Shown here: one piece after another, positions 8,247 to 18,900 of the stretch
How positions within the stretch are numbered: position 1 is the stretch's first letter
Layout: the number at the start of each line of letters is the position of its first letter
Assembly (NCBI GenBank): GCA_020049015.1
Contig: JAIFLP010000101.1
Span: 1-41,476, forward strand
Direction of reading: 5' to 3'
DNA: 41,476 nt
DNA from: Bacteroidota bacterium
Lineage (GTDB): Bacteria; Bacteroidota; Bacteroidia; Bacteroidales; DTGW01
Position numbers and translations under genes: made by a program
The notes under the pieces: generated by a model
What the model saw: only the letters and a program-made list of their open reading frames with translations
What the model was told of the DNA's origin: nothing
The model's database searches: none

Positions 8247-9515
8247 ATGAAAGAAATCAGTTCTTCCGATTTCGAATTGGAAGTGTTATCTCAAAGTGCT
8301 TGCGTTGTTGATTTTTATTCAACCGAGTGTCCACCATGTGAGGCAGTAGCACCTAAGTTTGAATCCTTACATAATTTATATGGTGAGCATGTTCATTTCG
8401 TTAAAATATTTCGCCAAGGAAATAAAGAATTGGCAACAAAATTAGGTGTTAGTTCATCACCTACTTTATTGTTTTATAAAAATGGAGTTAGAGTGGGTGA
8501 TCAATTAAGTGGAGGGGTTAAAAAGTCTGACATTATTAAAAATCTTGATTTACTTATTACTCCTGATGAAGTTGTGAAAATTAAATCGGGTATGAAGCCA
8601 AGTAATACCTCACACGATGTGGTAATTCTAGGAGCAGGTCCTGCGGCTTTAGCTGCCGGAATTTATCTCGCGCAAGCTAAAACTGATACTTTAATTATTG
8701 ATACTGCATTACCAGGAGGCCAGGTTTCAACTACCCATCAAGTTTCAAATTATCCTGGTTTTGAAGAGCCAATACAAGGATATATGTTAGGACATCACAT
8801 GTCAGAACAAGCAAAAAAAGCTGGGGTGAAGTTTAAAGTTGCAGTTGATGTTAGTCATGTTGATTTAATAAAAAAAGAAATTGTAATTGATGAATTTGAA
8901 ACAATAAAGGCAAAAACAATTATTATTGCAACTGGTGCTTCACCCCGCAAGCTAAATATCCCAGGAGAAAAAGAGTTCAAGGGTAAAGGCTTGTCATATT
9001 GTGCTACCTGCGATGCCAAATATTTTCAAGATAAAGAGGTAATTGTTATAGGCGGTGGTAATTCTGCAGTGGAGGAATCAGATTTTATTGCTCGTTTTGC
9101 TTCCAAAATAACTATGGTACATCAATTTGATACCTTAACTGCAAATAAAGAAGCACAGGAGAAGATCTTGAATAATCCTAAAGTTAAAGTATTATTTCAA
9201 CATGAGCCACGCGCCTTTGCGAAGGAAGGCGATAAGATGGTTGTAACAATTGAAGACTTGTTAACTCACGAAACTAAGAAAATCGCTGCCGATGGAGTGT
9301 TTATTTTTGTTGGGATGTCGCCCAATCTCGATATCTTTAAAGAAGACCTGCAAAAAGACAAATGGGGTTATATTCTAACTGATGAAGACATGCATACTAA
9401 TATTAAAGGTGTGTTTGCTATTGGGGATGTAATCAGTAAAAAGTATCGCCAGATTACTACCGCAGTTGCCGATGGAACCATAGCTTCTATTGTAATTGCT
9501 AAAGAGCTGGGATAA
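8247..9515 (+). CDS. Thioredoxin-thioredoxin reductase fusion (N-terminal Trx CPPC + FAD-dependent TrxR)
   Basis: DFYSTECPPC plus SSPTLLFYKNG, then GAGPA (FAD), SYCATCD (redox disulfide), GGGNSA, T-GVFAIGD and RQITTAVADG. Confidence 0.9.
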   Translation: MKEISSSDFELEVLSQSACVVDFYSTECPPCEAVAPKFESLHNLYGEHVHFVKIFRQGNKELATKLGVSSSPTLLFYKNGVRVGDQLSGGVKKSDIIKNLDLLITPDEVVKIKSGMKPSNTSHDVVILGAGPAALAAGIYLAQAKTDTLIIDTALPGGQVSTTHQVSNYPGFEEPIQGYMLGHHMSEQAKKAGVKFKVAVDVSHVDLIKKEIVIDEFETIKAKTIIIATGASPRKLNIPGEKEFKGKGLSYCATCDAKYFQDKEVIVIGGGNSAVEESDFIARFASKITMVHQFDTLTANKEAQEKILNNPKVKVLFQHEPRAFAKEGDKMVVTIEDLLTHETKKIAADGVFIFVGMSPNLDIFKEDLQKDKWGYILTDEDMHTNIKGVFAIGDVISKKYRQITTAVADGTIASIVIAKELG

Positions 9516-9530
9516 AATAAAGCACTAGAT

Positions 9531-10301
9531 TCAACAATGATAGCGTTTTATTATACTGTTGCTAATTAGCTCGTATATATTCCTTTTATTTTCTTCATCT
9601 GTCAGTAATGATTTATGAAATTCGATTACTTGTAAATCATTTCTTCTGGCAGGGCCTGTTTGAGCTGCATGCGGATCGGTTTCAATTGCTTTTTCAACGG
9701 TTTCTTTGATAAGGGGAGTAAGAATGTTGTAATTGATGCCATTTTTATCGGCCAAATCTTTCCCTAATGTAATCATGTGGTTTACAAAATTGCTACAAAA
9801 TATTGCACAAACATGTAATACTCTTCTTTGATTTGTATCCATATAGTACACATTTTTTGTAATCAGATGTGCGGTGTTTTCAATTATTACTTTCGATGTT
9901 TCGTCGCAAAATTCGATACATGCGGGAATACTCATCCAATTAAGACTTCTAAATTTCGAAAATGATTGAAAAAGGTAAATTACTCCGTAATGTTTAGCGT
10001 ATGGTTTAAAAATGTTAATATCAATACTGCCTGCAGTATGCACTAATACATGTTTGTCCCAATTTCTTTGCTGAATTACATTTTCAATAGCATCATCGTT
10101 TACACATATATATACCAATCCGTCGGGAATGTCATGAATGCTTTTTAATTCAATACAACCTGATTCGTCAGCTAGTTTTTTTGATTTTTGGGGATTCCTG
10201 CCATACAAATATATATTCTGTACATTAGGCAGTGAGCACAAACGTTTAGCCAAATGATGAGCAACATTGCCAGTTCCAATGATAGTGATATTTTTGTCCA
10301 T
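9531..10301 (-). CDS. Rossmann-like/DUF2520 oxidoreductase (PanG-like ketopantoate reductase family)
   Basis: IIGTGNVA Rossmann motif, VNDDAI, HTAGS, H...F.SNFVNH and AQTGPARRND. Confidence 0.82.
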   Translation of the reverse strand: MDKNITIIGTGNVAHHLAKRLCSLPNVQNIYLYGRNPQKSKKLADESGCIELKSIHDIPDGLVYICVNDDAIENVIQQRNWDKHVLVHTAGSIDINIFKPYAKHYGVIYLFQSFSKFRSLNWMSIPACIEFCDETSKVIIENTAHLITKNVYYMDTNQRRVLHVCAIFCSNFVNHMITLGKDLADKNGINYNILTPLIKETVEKAIETDPHAAQTGPARRNDLQVIEFHKSLLTDEENKRNIYELISNSIIKRYHC

Positions 10302-10314
10302 GATGCTATAAATT

Positions 10315-10344
10315 AAAAAAGCCGGCCTTATGAGCCGGCTTTTT
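10315..10344 (-). terminator. Intrinsic terminator after acyl-CoA dehydrogenase (potentially bidirectional)
   Basis: AAAAAA-GCCGGC-cttatga-GCCGGC-TTTTT inverted repeat with A and T tails. Confidence 0.85.
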
Positions 10345-10358
10345 ATGTTTCTAAACTA

Positions 10359-12074
10359 TTAGTTTAATTCCATTTTGTATTTGCCCAAATCGTCAACTGT
10401 AGAGTTGCTAATAAAATCAGCTTTGGCTTTATTTTCGCTTTTGCCCATTTTAATAAACACTTCCGCTGAGCGTGTAAACATATCCTCTTTGTTGGCATCA
10501 ATAACTAAAAGATGACCCATTATAATGTTTCCAGCCATTTCGACCATTCTGCGTGCATGGAAATCAATAAAGTCATTATCTTTTATTTCAATTACTTTAT
10601 TTACTACTTTTTCATAATCATCCGTCATTTCAACCAGCGATCTTTTTAATGATTCTAGTTCAGGTTTTACTTGTTCTTTTTCATAGCAATCTCTGATATG
10701 TTTTAGATAAGTATGTGTTGTAACTGCACGAATGGCAGCAACAACTTGAAGCTGAGTAGTACCTTCATATATGGAAGTGATGCGGGCATCTCTGTAAATT
10801 CTTTCAACAGGATAATCTTTCATAAATCCAGAACCGCCATGTATTTGAACCGCATCATAAGCTAATTGATTACAATATTCACTACTCAAACCTTTAGCTA
10901 GTGGGGTATATGCATCGGCCAATTTAGAATAGAATTTCATGTCATCTTGTTCTTCTTTGGTCAGTTTGCGTTCATCCGCAATGTGCATATAAGCTTTATA
11001 AACATCAACAAATCTTGAAGTTTCGTAAAGTAAAGCTCTTGAAGCATCAAGTTTTGCTTTCATATTGGTCAGCATTTCGTATACTGCCGGGAATTTTATG
11101 ATGGGTTTTCCGAATTGTTCACGGTCAATGGCATAAGCCAATGATTCTCTGTAAGCAGCTTCAGATAGGCCAACTGATTGAGCTGCAATACCTAAACGAG
11201 CTCCATTCATCAAAGCCATAACGTATTTAATCAAACCCAATTTTCTTTGTCCTACCAGTTCCGCTGGAGCATTTTTAAAAACCAATTCGCAAGTAGGTGA
11301 TCCTTTTATTCCCATTTTATTTTCAATACGGCGAACGATCATTGCTTGACTGTTTCTGTCGTATATAAACATTGATAAGCCACGACCATCTTGCGATCCG
11401 TCTTCAGAACGTGCCAATACCAAAGAGATGTGTGCATCACCATTGGTAATAAATCTTTTCACACCGTTAAGATACCATTTTTTATCAGCTTCGTTATAAG
11501 TTGCTTTTAATTGAACTCTTTGCAAGTCTGATCCCGCATCTGGCTCTGTTAAATCCATTGCACAAGTTTCACCACCAGAAACACGAGTTAAATATCGCAT
11601 TTTCTGATCGTCATCTGCAAATTCATTAATGGTTTCAGCACAATCTTGCAAGCCCCAAATGTTAACAAATCCCGCATCAGCTCTTGATACCATATCTGCA
11701 GCCATTACGTAAGGAACAATAGGAAAGTTTAAGCCGTTGTACTTGCGGGGTAATGTAATACCCATCAATCCGGCTTGCACTAGCGCATCATAGTTTTCTT
11801 TAGTTCCTTTAGCATATATAACTTCATTATTCACTAAATGAGGACCTTCAATATCAATATCTGCAGCATTGGGTGCAATAATCTCACCACAAATATCCCC
11901 TACAATTTCTAATACTTTGTCATAACTGTCAACAGCATCCTCAAAATCGATGGGCGAATGTTCGTATTTATCTTTTTCAGAAAAATTTCTTTCCTTCAGA
12001 GCAACAATTTTCTTCATCAAAGGATGTTGAAGCTGGAACTGTAATTCCTTATTATCTGTCCAAAAATTAGCCAT
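10359..12074 (-). CDS. Acyl-CoA dehydrogenase (long, Bacteroidales type)
   Basis: MDLTEPDAGSDL, LNGVKRFITNG, ENKMGIKGSPTCEL, REQFGKPI, QIHGGSGFMKDYPVER.YRDARITSIYEGT. Confidence 0.95.
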   Translation of the reverse strand: MANFWTDNKELQFQLQHPLMKKIVALKERNFSEKDKYEHSPIDFEDAVDSYDKVLEIVGDICGEIIAPNAADIDIEGPHLVNNEVIYAKGTKENYDALVQAGLMGITLPRKYNGLNFPIVPYVMAADMVSRADAGFVNIWGLQDCAETINEFADDDQKMRYLTRVSGGETCAMDLTEPDAGSDLQRVQLKATYNEADKKWYLNGVKRFITNGDAHISLVLARSEDGSQDGRGLSMFIYDRNSQAMIVRRIENKMGIKGSPTCELVFKNAPAELVGQRKLGLIKYVMALMNGARLGIAAQSVGLSEAAYRESLAYAIDREQFGKPIIKFPAVYEMLTNMKAKLDASRALLYETSRFVDVYKAYMHIADERKLTKEEQDDMKFYSKLADAYTPLAKGLSSEYCNQLAYDAVQIHGGSGFMKDYPVERIYRDARITSIYEGTTQLQVVAAIRAVTTHTYLKHIRDCYEKEQVKPELESLKRSLVEMTDDYEKVVNKVIEIKDNDFIDFHARRMVEMAGNIIMGHLLVIDANKEDMFTRSAEVFIKMGKSENKAKADFISNSTVDDLGKYKMELN

Positions 12075-12078
12075 ATTC

Positions 12079-13098
12079 TTATTTTGTATTTTGTTTATAG
12101 TACTTGATCATTTTAGGGAGAACTTCAGCAATATCTCCATTGATAATGTAATCAGCAATTTTATTTATAGGGGCATTAGGATCATTATTTATAGCAATTA
12201 CCATTGCTGATTCTTGCATGCCCGCAATATGCTGTATTTGTCCTGAGATACCACATGCGATATATAGTTTTGGACGAACGGTTACACCAGTTTGACCAAT
12301 TTGTCTATCATGATCGGCATATCCCGCATCTACTGCTGCTCTTGATGCTCCAACTTCAGCGCCAATTACTTTTGCTAAATCGAAAAGAAGTTCAAAATTC
12401 GCTTTGCTTCCTACTCCATAACCACCAGCAATAATAATAGGAGAGCCTTTGATGTTTACTTTCGATTTTTCCATGTGGCGTTCAATAACTTTTACCACAA
12501 AGTCAGCATCGGTTAAATATTTATTAACATCCATCGGCTTTACTTCCCCTTTATGGGTAATGGAAAATACTTCTTTTCTCATCACACCTTCTCTAACAGT
12601 TGCCATTTGAGGGCGGTTGTCGGGATTGATAATAGTGGCGATAATATTTCCACCAAAAGCGGGACGTATTTGATAAAGTAAGTTTTCGTATACTTTATTT
12701 TCTTTTTTATCTTCATGACCACCGATTGCAAGTTCGGTACAATCTGCTGTTAAGCCACTTAATAAAGCTGAAGAAACGCGGGGACCTAAATCACGACCTA
12801 TTGGCGTTGCGCCCATAAGTGCAATTTGGGGTTTTTCTTCTTCAAATAATTTTATTAAAAGATTTGAATGGGGTAGGGTGGTATAAGGTTCCAAACGAGC
12901 ATCATCCGCAATATGAATTATGTCGGCACCAAATGGAAATAATTGGTTTTCCACACCATTCAATTGATTTCCAATAACAACGGCTTCCAGTTGGCATTTC
13001 AAATCATTAGCAAGCTTGCGGCCTTTAGTTAATAATTCAAGGCTAACATCAGCAACAACGCCATTTTCAACTTCGCAATAAACAAATATATTATTCAT
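12079..13098 (-). CDS. etfA: Electron transfer flavoprotein subunit alpha
   Basis: GRDLGPRVS, GLTADCT, RPQMATVR, VGASRAAVDAG, QIGQTGVTVRPKLYIACGISGQIQH. Confidence 0.95.
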   Translation of the reverse strand: MNNIFVYCEVENGVVADVSLELLTKGRKLANDLKCQLEAVVIGNQLNGVENQLFPFGADIIHIADDARLEPYTTLPHSNLLIKLFEEEKPQIALMGATPIGRDLGPRVSSALLSGLTADCTELAIGGHEDKKENKVYENLLYQIRPAFGGNIIATIINPDNRPQMATVREGVMRKEVFSITHKGEVKPMDVNKYLTDADFVVKVIERHMEKSKVNIKGSPIIIAGGYGVGSKANFELLFDLAKVIGAEVGASRAAVDAGYADHDRQIGQTGVTVRPKLYIACGISGQIQHIAGMQESAMVIAINNDPNAPINKIADYIINGDIAEVLPKMIKYYKQNTK

Positions 13099-13140
13099 TT
13101 TTTAATTTTTTACGTTTTAAATCCATGCAATAATGATCTA

Positions 13141-14016
13141 CTAACCGATGGTATGGTTAATTATCAAATCTTTCATTAACCAATCAATATCCATATCAGA
13201 AGCCGTTAATGCTTTTGATTCTTTAGCTTGAAATACCACATTCTCAATTTTCTTTACTTTTGTGGGTGATCCTGTTAGTCCCAACCACTTGCTATCGGCA
13301 TTTATTTCAGCAGCGCTGATTTCTTTGATATTTAAGTAAGGTCTTATATTGTATATTGCGATATAATCATCAGTTAGCTCTTGTCTTTCAGTAATTGTTT
13401 TTGCATGTTTAAACTTCATGGTGAGTTTTGCATTGCGCGGGCGGCATTCAGGAGCGCTCGAATTAACTGTAATTACTGCAGGTATTGATCCTTCTACAAC
13501 TTCAATACCTCTATCAAGTCTTCTTTTAACTGTTACTTTTTTATTTTCAGCATGTAAAATTTCTTCTGCATAAGTTATTTGTGCAAGGTTCAATTTTTCT
13601 GCAACTTGTGGTCCAACTTGGGCTGTATCACCGTCAATGGCTTGTCTGCCACAAATTATAAGGTCGCATGTTCCTATACTTTTTATGGCCATAGAAAGTG
13701 CATATGATGTAGCCAAAGTGTCTGAACCTGCAAAAGCTCTGTCTGTTAGTAAATATCCATTGTCAGCGCCTCTGTATAGGGCTTCTCTGATTATTTCAGC
13801 AGCACGTCCGGGACCCATTGTTAACAAGGTAATGATAGTTCCAGGATATTTGTCTTTTAACCTTAATGCTTGCTCCAGTGCGTTCAAATCTTCAGGGTTG
13901 AAAATTGCAGGAAGCACGGCACGATTCACTGTCCCATCTGCTTTCATGGCATCTTTGCCTACATTGCGGGTATCGGGTACCTGTTTTGCTAATACTATTA
14001 TTCTTAATCCAGCCAT
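13141..14016 (-). CDS. etfB: Electron transfer flavoprotein subunit beta
   Basis: KQVPDT, NPEDLNALE, DRAFAGSDTLATS, GRQAIDGDTAQVGP. Confidence 0.95.
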   Translation of the reverse strand: MAGLRIIVLAKQVPDTRNVGKDAMKADGTVNRAVLPAIFNPEDLNALEQALRLKDKYPGTIITLLTMGPGRAAEIIREALYRGADNGYLLTDRAFAGSDTLATSYALSMAIKSIGTCDLIICGRQAIDGDTAQVGPQVAEKLNLAQITYAEEILHAENKKVTVKRRLDRGIEVVEGSIPAVITVNSSAPECRPRNAKLTMKFKHAKTITERQELTDDYIAIYNIRPYLNIKEISAAEINADSKWLGLTGSPTKVKKIENVVFQAKESKALTASDMDIDWLMKDLIINHTIG

Positions 14017-14052
14017 ATTTAATTGTTTGTTACTTTTCTAACTAATGCGGCA

Positions 14053-14060
14053 CAAATATA
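14053..14060 (-). promoter_or_regulatory. -7 promoter element (TATATTTG) for etfB-etfA-acd
   Basis: TAnnTTTG consensus about 36 nt upstream of the etfB start. Confidence 0.6.
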
Positions 14061-14141
14061 AATATTAAAAAGTTATTCTAATATTTTAAATGATATTTAG
14101 AATTATTTTAAATAAAGAATTATCGTCTTCAAACGCTTATT

Positions 14142-15446
14142 TTATTTATGTACTTCAGTTTGGGGCGCTTGTTTAGATTCCTTATGAGGATCGTGAGGAT
14201 TCCAACCTACAATACTTAACATGACAAAGAAACCAACTATATAAGCGAGAGTAACATGCCAGCCTTTTTTTACATAATTTACAACCGATTTGGCTTCAGG
14301 AAACATATTTGAAAGAGCAACACCGGCAGATGAGCCAAACCAAAGCATTGATCCTCCAAAACCAACCGAATAGGCTAAAATACCCCAATCGTATCCGCCT
14401 TGTTCTAAGCATAATTTTGTTAAAGGAATATTATCAAAAACTGCCGAAACAAATCCTAAAATGAATGCGGTAAAATAGGATGCAGGGGGTAAATCATTTA
14501 CAGGCATAAGCGATGCACATGTAACTAAAGCCATTAAGAATATTGTTCCTTGCCATGAGCTTTTTAATTCATGCCATGGAGTTTTGGTGATTAATGCACC
14601 AATAAAAATAGCTATCCATACACCAACTGCAGGAAAATCTAAGAGGTAATTAGTTAGGATAGCTCCAACTAATATAAGCCCTACTACTATTATCTTTTTC
14701 CACTCAATTTTTACATTTGTTGCATTGTTTCTCTGGATGCGTTGATATTTATCCTGCTGAATGGCACCTACAACACCAAATATTAAAAAAGCTGCGATAG
14801 ATCCAATAAATGCATGGGTTACATCTATAGGACTAACACCATCTATCCACATAAGTGTTGTTGTTGTATCGCCTACAACGCTACCGGCTCCACCTGCATT
14901 ACTAGCAGCAACAATTGCGGCCAAATAACCTACATGCACTTTTCCTTTAAATACAACCATGGCAATGGCTCCACCAATCATAGCTGCAGCTATATTGTCG
15001 AGAAATGAAGAAATAACCATAATTAAAAATAATAGTAATAAAGGTCCTTTCCAGTCATTAGGTAATATATTGGGTAGAGCTTCCGGTATTTTTGATTCTT
15101 CAAAATGTTTAGCCAAAATAGCAAAACCAAAAAGAAGTCCAAGCAAATTTAACAATGTACGCCATTCCCCTTCATGGCCATGACCACCAATAATATGGAC
15201 ACCCAAATCAAATTGACTATCGAATATAAACTTGAACGTAAGGATTGCTATAAGACCTATTAAAGCAACATACATTACTTTATTGTGAAAAAGGGCAACG
15301 CCTAAAAGTGTTAATGCAAATAGAATAAATTCTAATCTTATTCCCATTATGGCAGGAACGGCCTCTATATTTCCCATTGAGAAAACTTTGGCAGGAAGCA
15401 AGAATACTCCCAATATTAGAAGCAAGTATTTGAATTTTTTATTCAT
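14142..15446 (-). CDS. Ion transporter superfamily permease (NhaD/ArsB/citrate transporter-like)
   Basis: About 12 hydrophobic segments with motifs SSFLDN, ASNAGGAGSVVGDTTT, SAVFDNIP and GGSMLWFGSSAGVA. Confidence 0.82.
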   Translation of the reverse strand: MNKKFKYLLLILGVFLLPAKVFSMGNIEAVPAIMGIRLEFILFALTLLGVALFHNKVMYVALIGLIAILTFKFIFDSQFDLGVHIIGGHGHEGEWRTLLNLLGLLFGFAILAKHFEESKIPEALPNILPNDWKGPLLLLFLIMVISSFLDNIAAAMIGGAIAMVVFKGKVHVGYLAAIVAASNAGGAGSVVGDTTTTLMWIDGVSPIDVTHAFIGSIAAFLIFGVVGAIQQDKYQRIQRNNATNVKIEWKKIIVVGLILVGAILTNYLLDFPAVGVWIAIFIGALITKTPWHELKSSWQGTIFLMALVTCASLMPVNDLPPASYFTAFILGFVSAVFDNIPLTKLCLEQGGYDWGILAYSVGFGGSMLWFGSSAGVALSNMFPEAKSVVNYVKKGWHVTLAYIVGFFVMLSIVGWNPHDPHKESKQAPQTEVHK

Positions 15447-15531
15447 AATAAATAGATATTTGTTTTTTTATGCATATTTATTTCACGTTAAATTAACGGA
15501 ATTGAGCACCAAAAATAATTAAAATTTGGAG

Positions 15532-15566
15532 AAAAAAAAGGCTTTCATATTCGAAAGCCTTTTTTT
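15532..15566 (-). terminator. Intrinsic terminator ending the rpoBC-DUF3467 transcript
   Basis: AAAAAAAAGGCTTTC-atattc-GAAAGCCTTTTTTT inverted repeat. Confidence 0.88.
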
Positions 15567-15586
15567 ATTTTTGAAAAAAATTATCA

Positions 15587-15901
15587 TCAAGCCTGAGCAG
15601 TAGGTCCGCCGAAACTCATTGGAATCATTGGTCCTCCGGGATTATCTTTGATAACACCATTAATAGATTCATACTTTGTAATATTATCACGCAATGCATG
15701 TAATAATCGCTTGGCATGTTCAGGCGTTAGGATAATCCTTGATTTTACATCAGCTTTAGGGATACCAGGCATAACTCTTACAAAGTCAATTACAAATTCA
15801 GCGGTAGAATGAGTAATGATGGCCAAATTAGAGTAAGTACCTTGTGCGATATCTTCCTTTAGCTCGATATTTAATTGATTGCCCTGATTTTTTTCTTCCA
15901 T
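15587..15901 (-). CDS. DUF3467 family protein
   Basis: IELxEDIAQGTYSNLAIITHS.AEF.IDF...PG.PKA.VKSRIILTP.HAKRL, in the usual position after rpoC in Bacteroidota. Confidence 0.85.
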   Translation of the reverse strand: MEEKNQGNQLNIELKEDIAQGTYSNLAIITHSTAEFVIDFVRVMPGIPKADVKSRIILTPEHAKRLLHALRDNITKYESINGVIKDNPGGPMIPMSFGGPTAQA

Positions 15902-15913
15902 ATTAGAATTAAA

Positions 15914-18900
15914 TTAATCTTGTTCTTCAACCATTTCCATATCTTCAGCCTTCACATTCACCAATTTATCGTATTCTTCCATAGAACCAACGATAATATT
16001 GTTGTATTCGCGTGAACCTGTACCGGCTGGGATAAGATGACCAACGATAACATTTTCTTTTAAGCCTTCAAGATTATCTGTTTTACCCCAAACTGCAGCT
16101 TCATTCAGTACTTTTGTTGTTTCCTGGAATGATGCAGCCGACATAAAGCTCTTAGTTTGAAGAGCCGCTCTAGTTATACCTTGTAAAATTTGGCTACCGG
16201 TAGCGGGTATAGCATCTCTCGATTCAATGGGTTTCAAGTCTTTACGTCGCAATGCAGAATTTTCATCGCGCAATTTTCTGGCAGTAATTATTTGACCAGC
16301 TTTGAATAGGGTTGAATCTCCTGAATCAAAAACTACTTTTTTTCCGTAAATCCAGTCGTTTTCCTCCATGAATTCCCATTTATCTATAATTTGTTTTTCT
16401 AGGAATTTGGTATCACCTGGATCAACAATTTCCACTTTTCTCATCATTTGGCGAACGATAACTTCAAAGTGTTTGTCGTTAATTTTCACACCCTGTAAGC
16501 GATAAACTTCTTGAACTTCATTTACGATATATTCTTGAACTTTAGTAGGCCCTTTAATAGCTAAGATATCAGCAGGAGTTGTGGCTCCATCAGATAATGG
16601 TGTGCCCGCTTTAACATAGTCATTTTCCTGAACTAATATTTGACGTGATAATGGTACAAGATATTTCTTTAATTCATCAGTTTTTGATTTAATGATGATT
16701 TCACGATTACCACGTTTTACTTTACCAAATGAAACTTCACCATCAATTTCAGAAACAACTGCCGGATTGGACGGATTTCTAGCTTCAAATAATTCGGTAA
16801 CCCTAGGCAAACCACCAGTGATATCTCCAGTTTTACCAACTGCACGAGGAATTTTTACTAGAATTTGTCCTGCCTCTGCTTTTTCACCTTCTTCAACAAC
16901 AATGTGAGCTCCTACAGGTAAGTTATAAAGTTTTAAAGTTTCTTTTTTATCGTCCATAATTTTGATTACAGGGTTTTTTGATTTATCCCTGCTTTCAGTA
17001 ATTACTTTTTCTTTATAACCAGTTTGTTCATCTGATTCTTCGCGATAGGTAACACCTTCCGTGATACTTTCAAATCCTATTTTACCTGAGGTTTCAGAGA
17101 TAATAACAGCATTGTAAGGATCCCATTCGCAAATTAATTTGCCTTTGGCTACTTCTTCACCATTTTTGATATAAAGTTTAGAACCATAAGGAACATGTTG
17201 GGTTGTTAGAACGATACCGGTATTTTTATCCAATATCCTCAATTCACCCATACGACCGATTACAATCTGACTCTCGCCATCTTTATCTTTTTTGGTAACC
17301 ACTCTTAATTCTTCAATTTCTGCAACACCGTCGTAACGAGCAACCAAATTAGTTTCGCTGGTCACGTTTGATGCAGTACCCCCAACGTGGAAGGTTCTAA
17401 GAGTTAACTGAGTACCTGGTTCACCAATAGACTGAGCAGCAATAACACCCACTGCTTCACCATTTTGCACCATACGTCCAGTGGCAAGGTTACGTCCATA
17501 ACATTTGCTACAAACTCCCTTTTTGGATTCGCAAGTTAATACAGAACGGATTTCTACTTGTTCAATAGGCGAATCATCAATTATTTTACCTATTTCTTCG
17601 GTAATTTCTTCTCCTGCAGTAATAATTATCTTACCGGTAGTAGGATGGAATATATCGTGAACTGTAGTACGACCTAATATTTTATCATAAAGAGATTCAA
17701 TAACTTCTTCATTATTTTTTATTGCTGTAGCAACCAAACCACGAAGTGTTCCGCAATCAACTTCATTTATAATAACATCTTGAGCAACGTCAACTAAGCG
17801 ACGTGTTAAATAACCCGCATCAGCTGTTTTTAAAGCGGTATCGGCCAATCCCTTACGAGCACCGTGAGTAGAAATAAAATATTCAAGAACTGATAGACCT
17901 TCCTTAAAGTTTGAAAGAATTGGATTTTCAATAATTTCAGATGTTGAAGCACCTGATTTTTGAGGTTTTGCCATCAATCCACGCATACCTGATAACTGGC
18001 GAATCTGTTCCTTAGAACCACGAGCACCCGAATCCAACATCATATATACAGGATTAAATCCTTGATTATCGGTGGAAATTTGCTTAAGCAAAATTTGAGT
18101 TAAGCGGGCGTTGGTATGTGTCCAAATATCAATAATCTGATTGTATCTCTCGTTATTGGTAATGAAACCCATATTGTAATTATTCATTACTTCTTCTACT
18201 TGTTGATAGCCTTCCTCAACCAAAGTATTTTTTTCTGCAGGGATAATAACATCATCAAGGTTGAAAGACAAGCCTCCTTTAAAAGCCATCATATAACCAA
18301 GATTTTTAATATCATCAAGGAACTTAGCAGTACGTGATGTTCCAGCTTTTTTCAAAACGTTTCCGATGATATCGCGTAATGATTTCTTGGTCAATACTTC
18401 ATTGATATAGCCTACTTCTTCGGGTACAAATTCATTAAATAGAACTCGACCTACAGTCGTTTCAATTAATTTATCCTTACTAGGAAGCGTAGAATTTTCA
18501 AACCATCTCACTTTAATGATAGCATGCAAATCAGCTTTCTTTTCATTGTATGCAATTTTCACTTCCTCTGCGGAGTAAAAAATCATACCTTCTCCCTTAA
18601 CTATTTTTTCAGGAGTTGAGCGGCGCATTTTGGTGATATAATAAAGTCCCAAAACCATGTCTTGTGAAGGAACTGTAATGGGAGCACCATTTGCGGGGTT
18701 TAAAATATTATGTGCAGCTAACATTAATAATTGAGCTTCTAGAATAGCTGCATTACCCAAAGGTAAATGAACCGCCATCTGGTCACCGTCAAAGTCAGCA
18801 TTGAACGCAGTACACACTAAAGGGTGAAGCTGGATAGCCTTACCTTCGATGAGTTTTGGCTGGAATGCTTGTATACCTAATCTGTGTAGAGTAGGGGCAC

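Noticed and set aside
5402-9515. Selenocysteine (UGA) recoding in the redox genes
   Set aside because: All redox motifs use Cys codons and the ORFs end in TAA/TAG, with no in-frame TGA at a catalytic position.
14070-14112. AT-rich inverted repeat (ATTCTAA...TTAGAAT) between the permease and etfB
   Set aside because: It is nearly all A/T and weak, and cannot be distinguished from chance.
14142-15446. Arsenite exporter belonging to the ArsM-like operon
   Set aside because: It is only superfamily-level ArsB/NhaD similarity, lies 4.6 kb away on the opposite strand, and is separated by unrelated genes.
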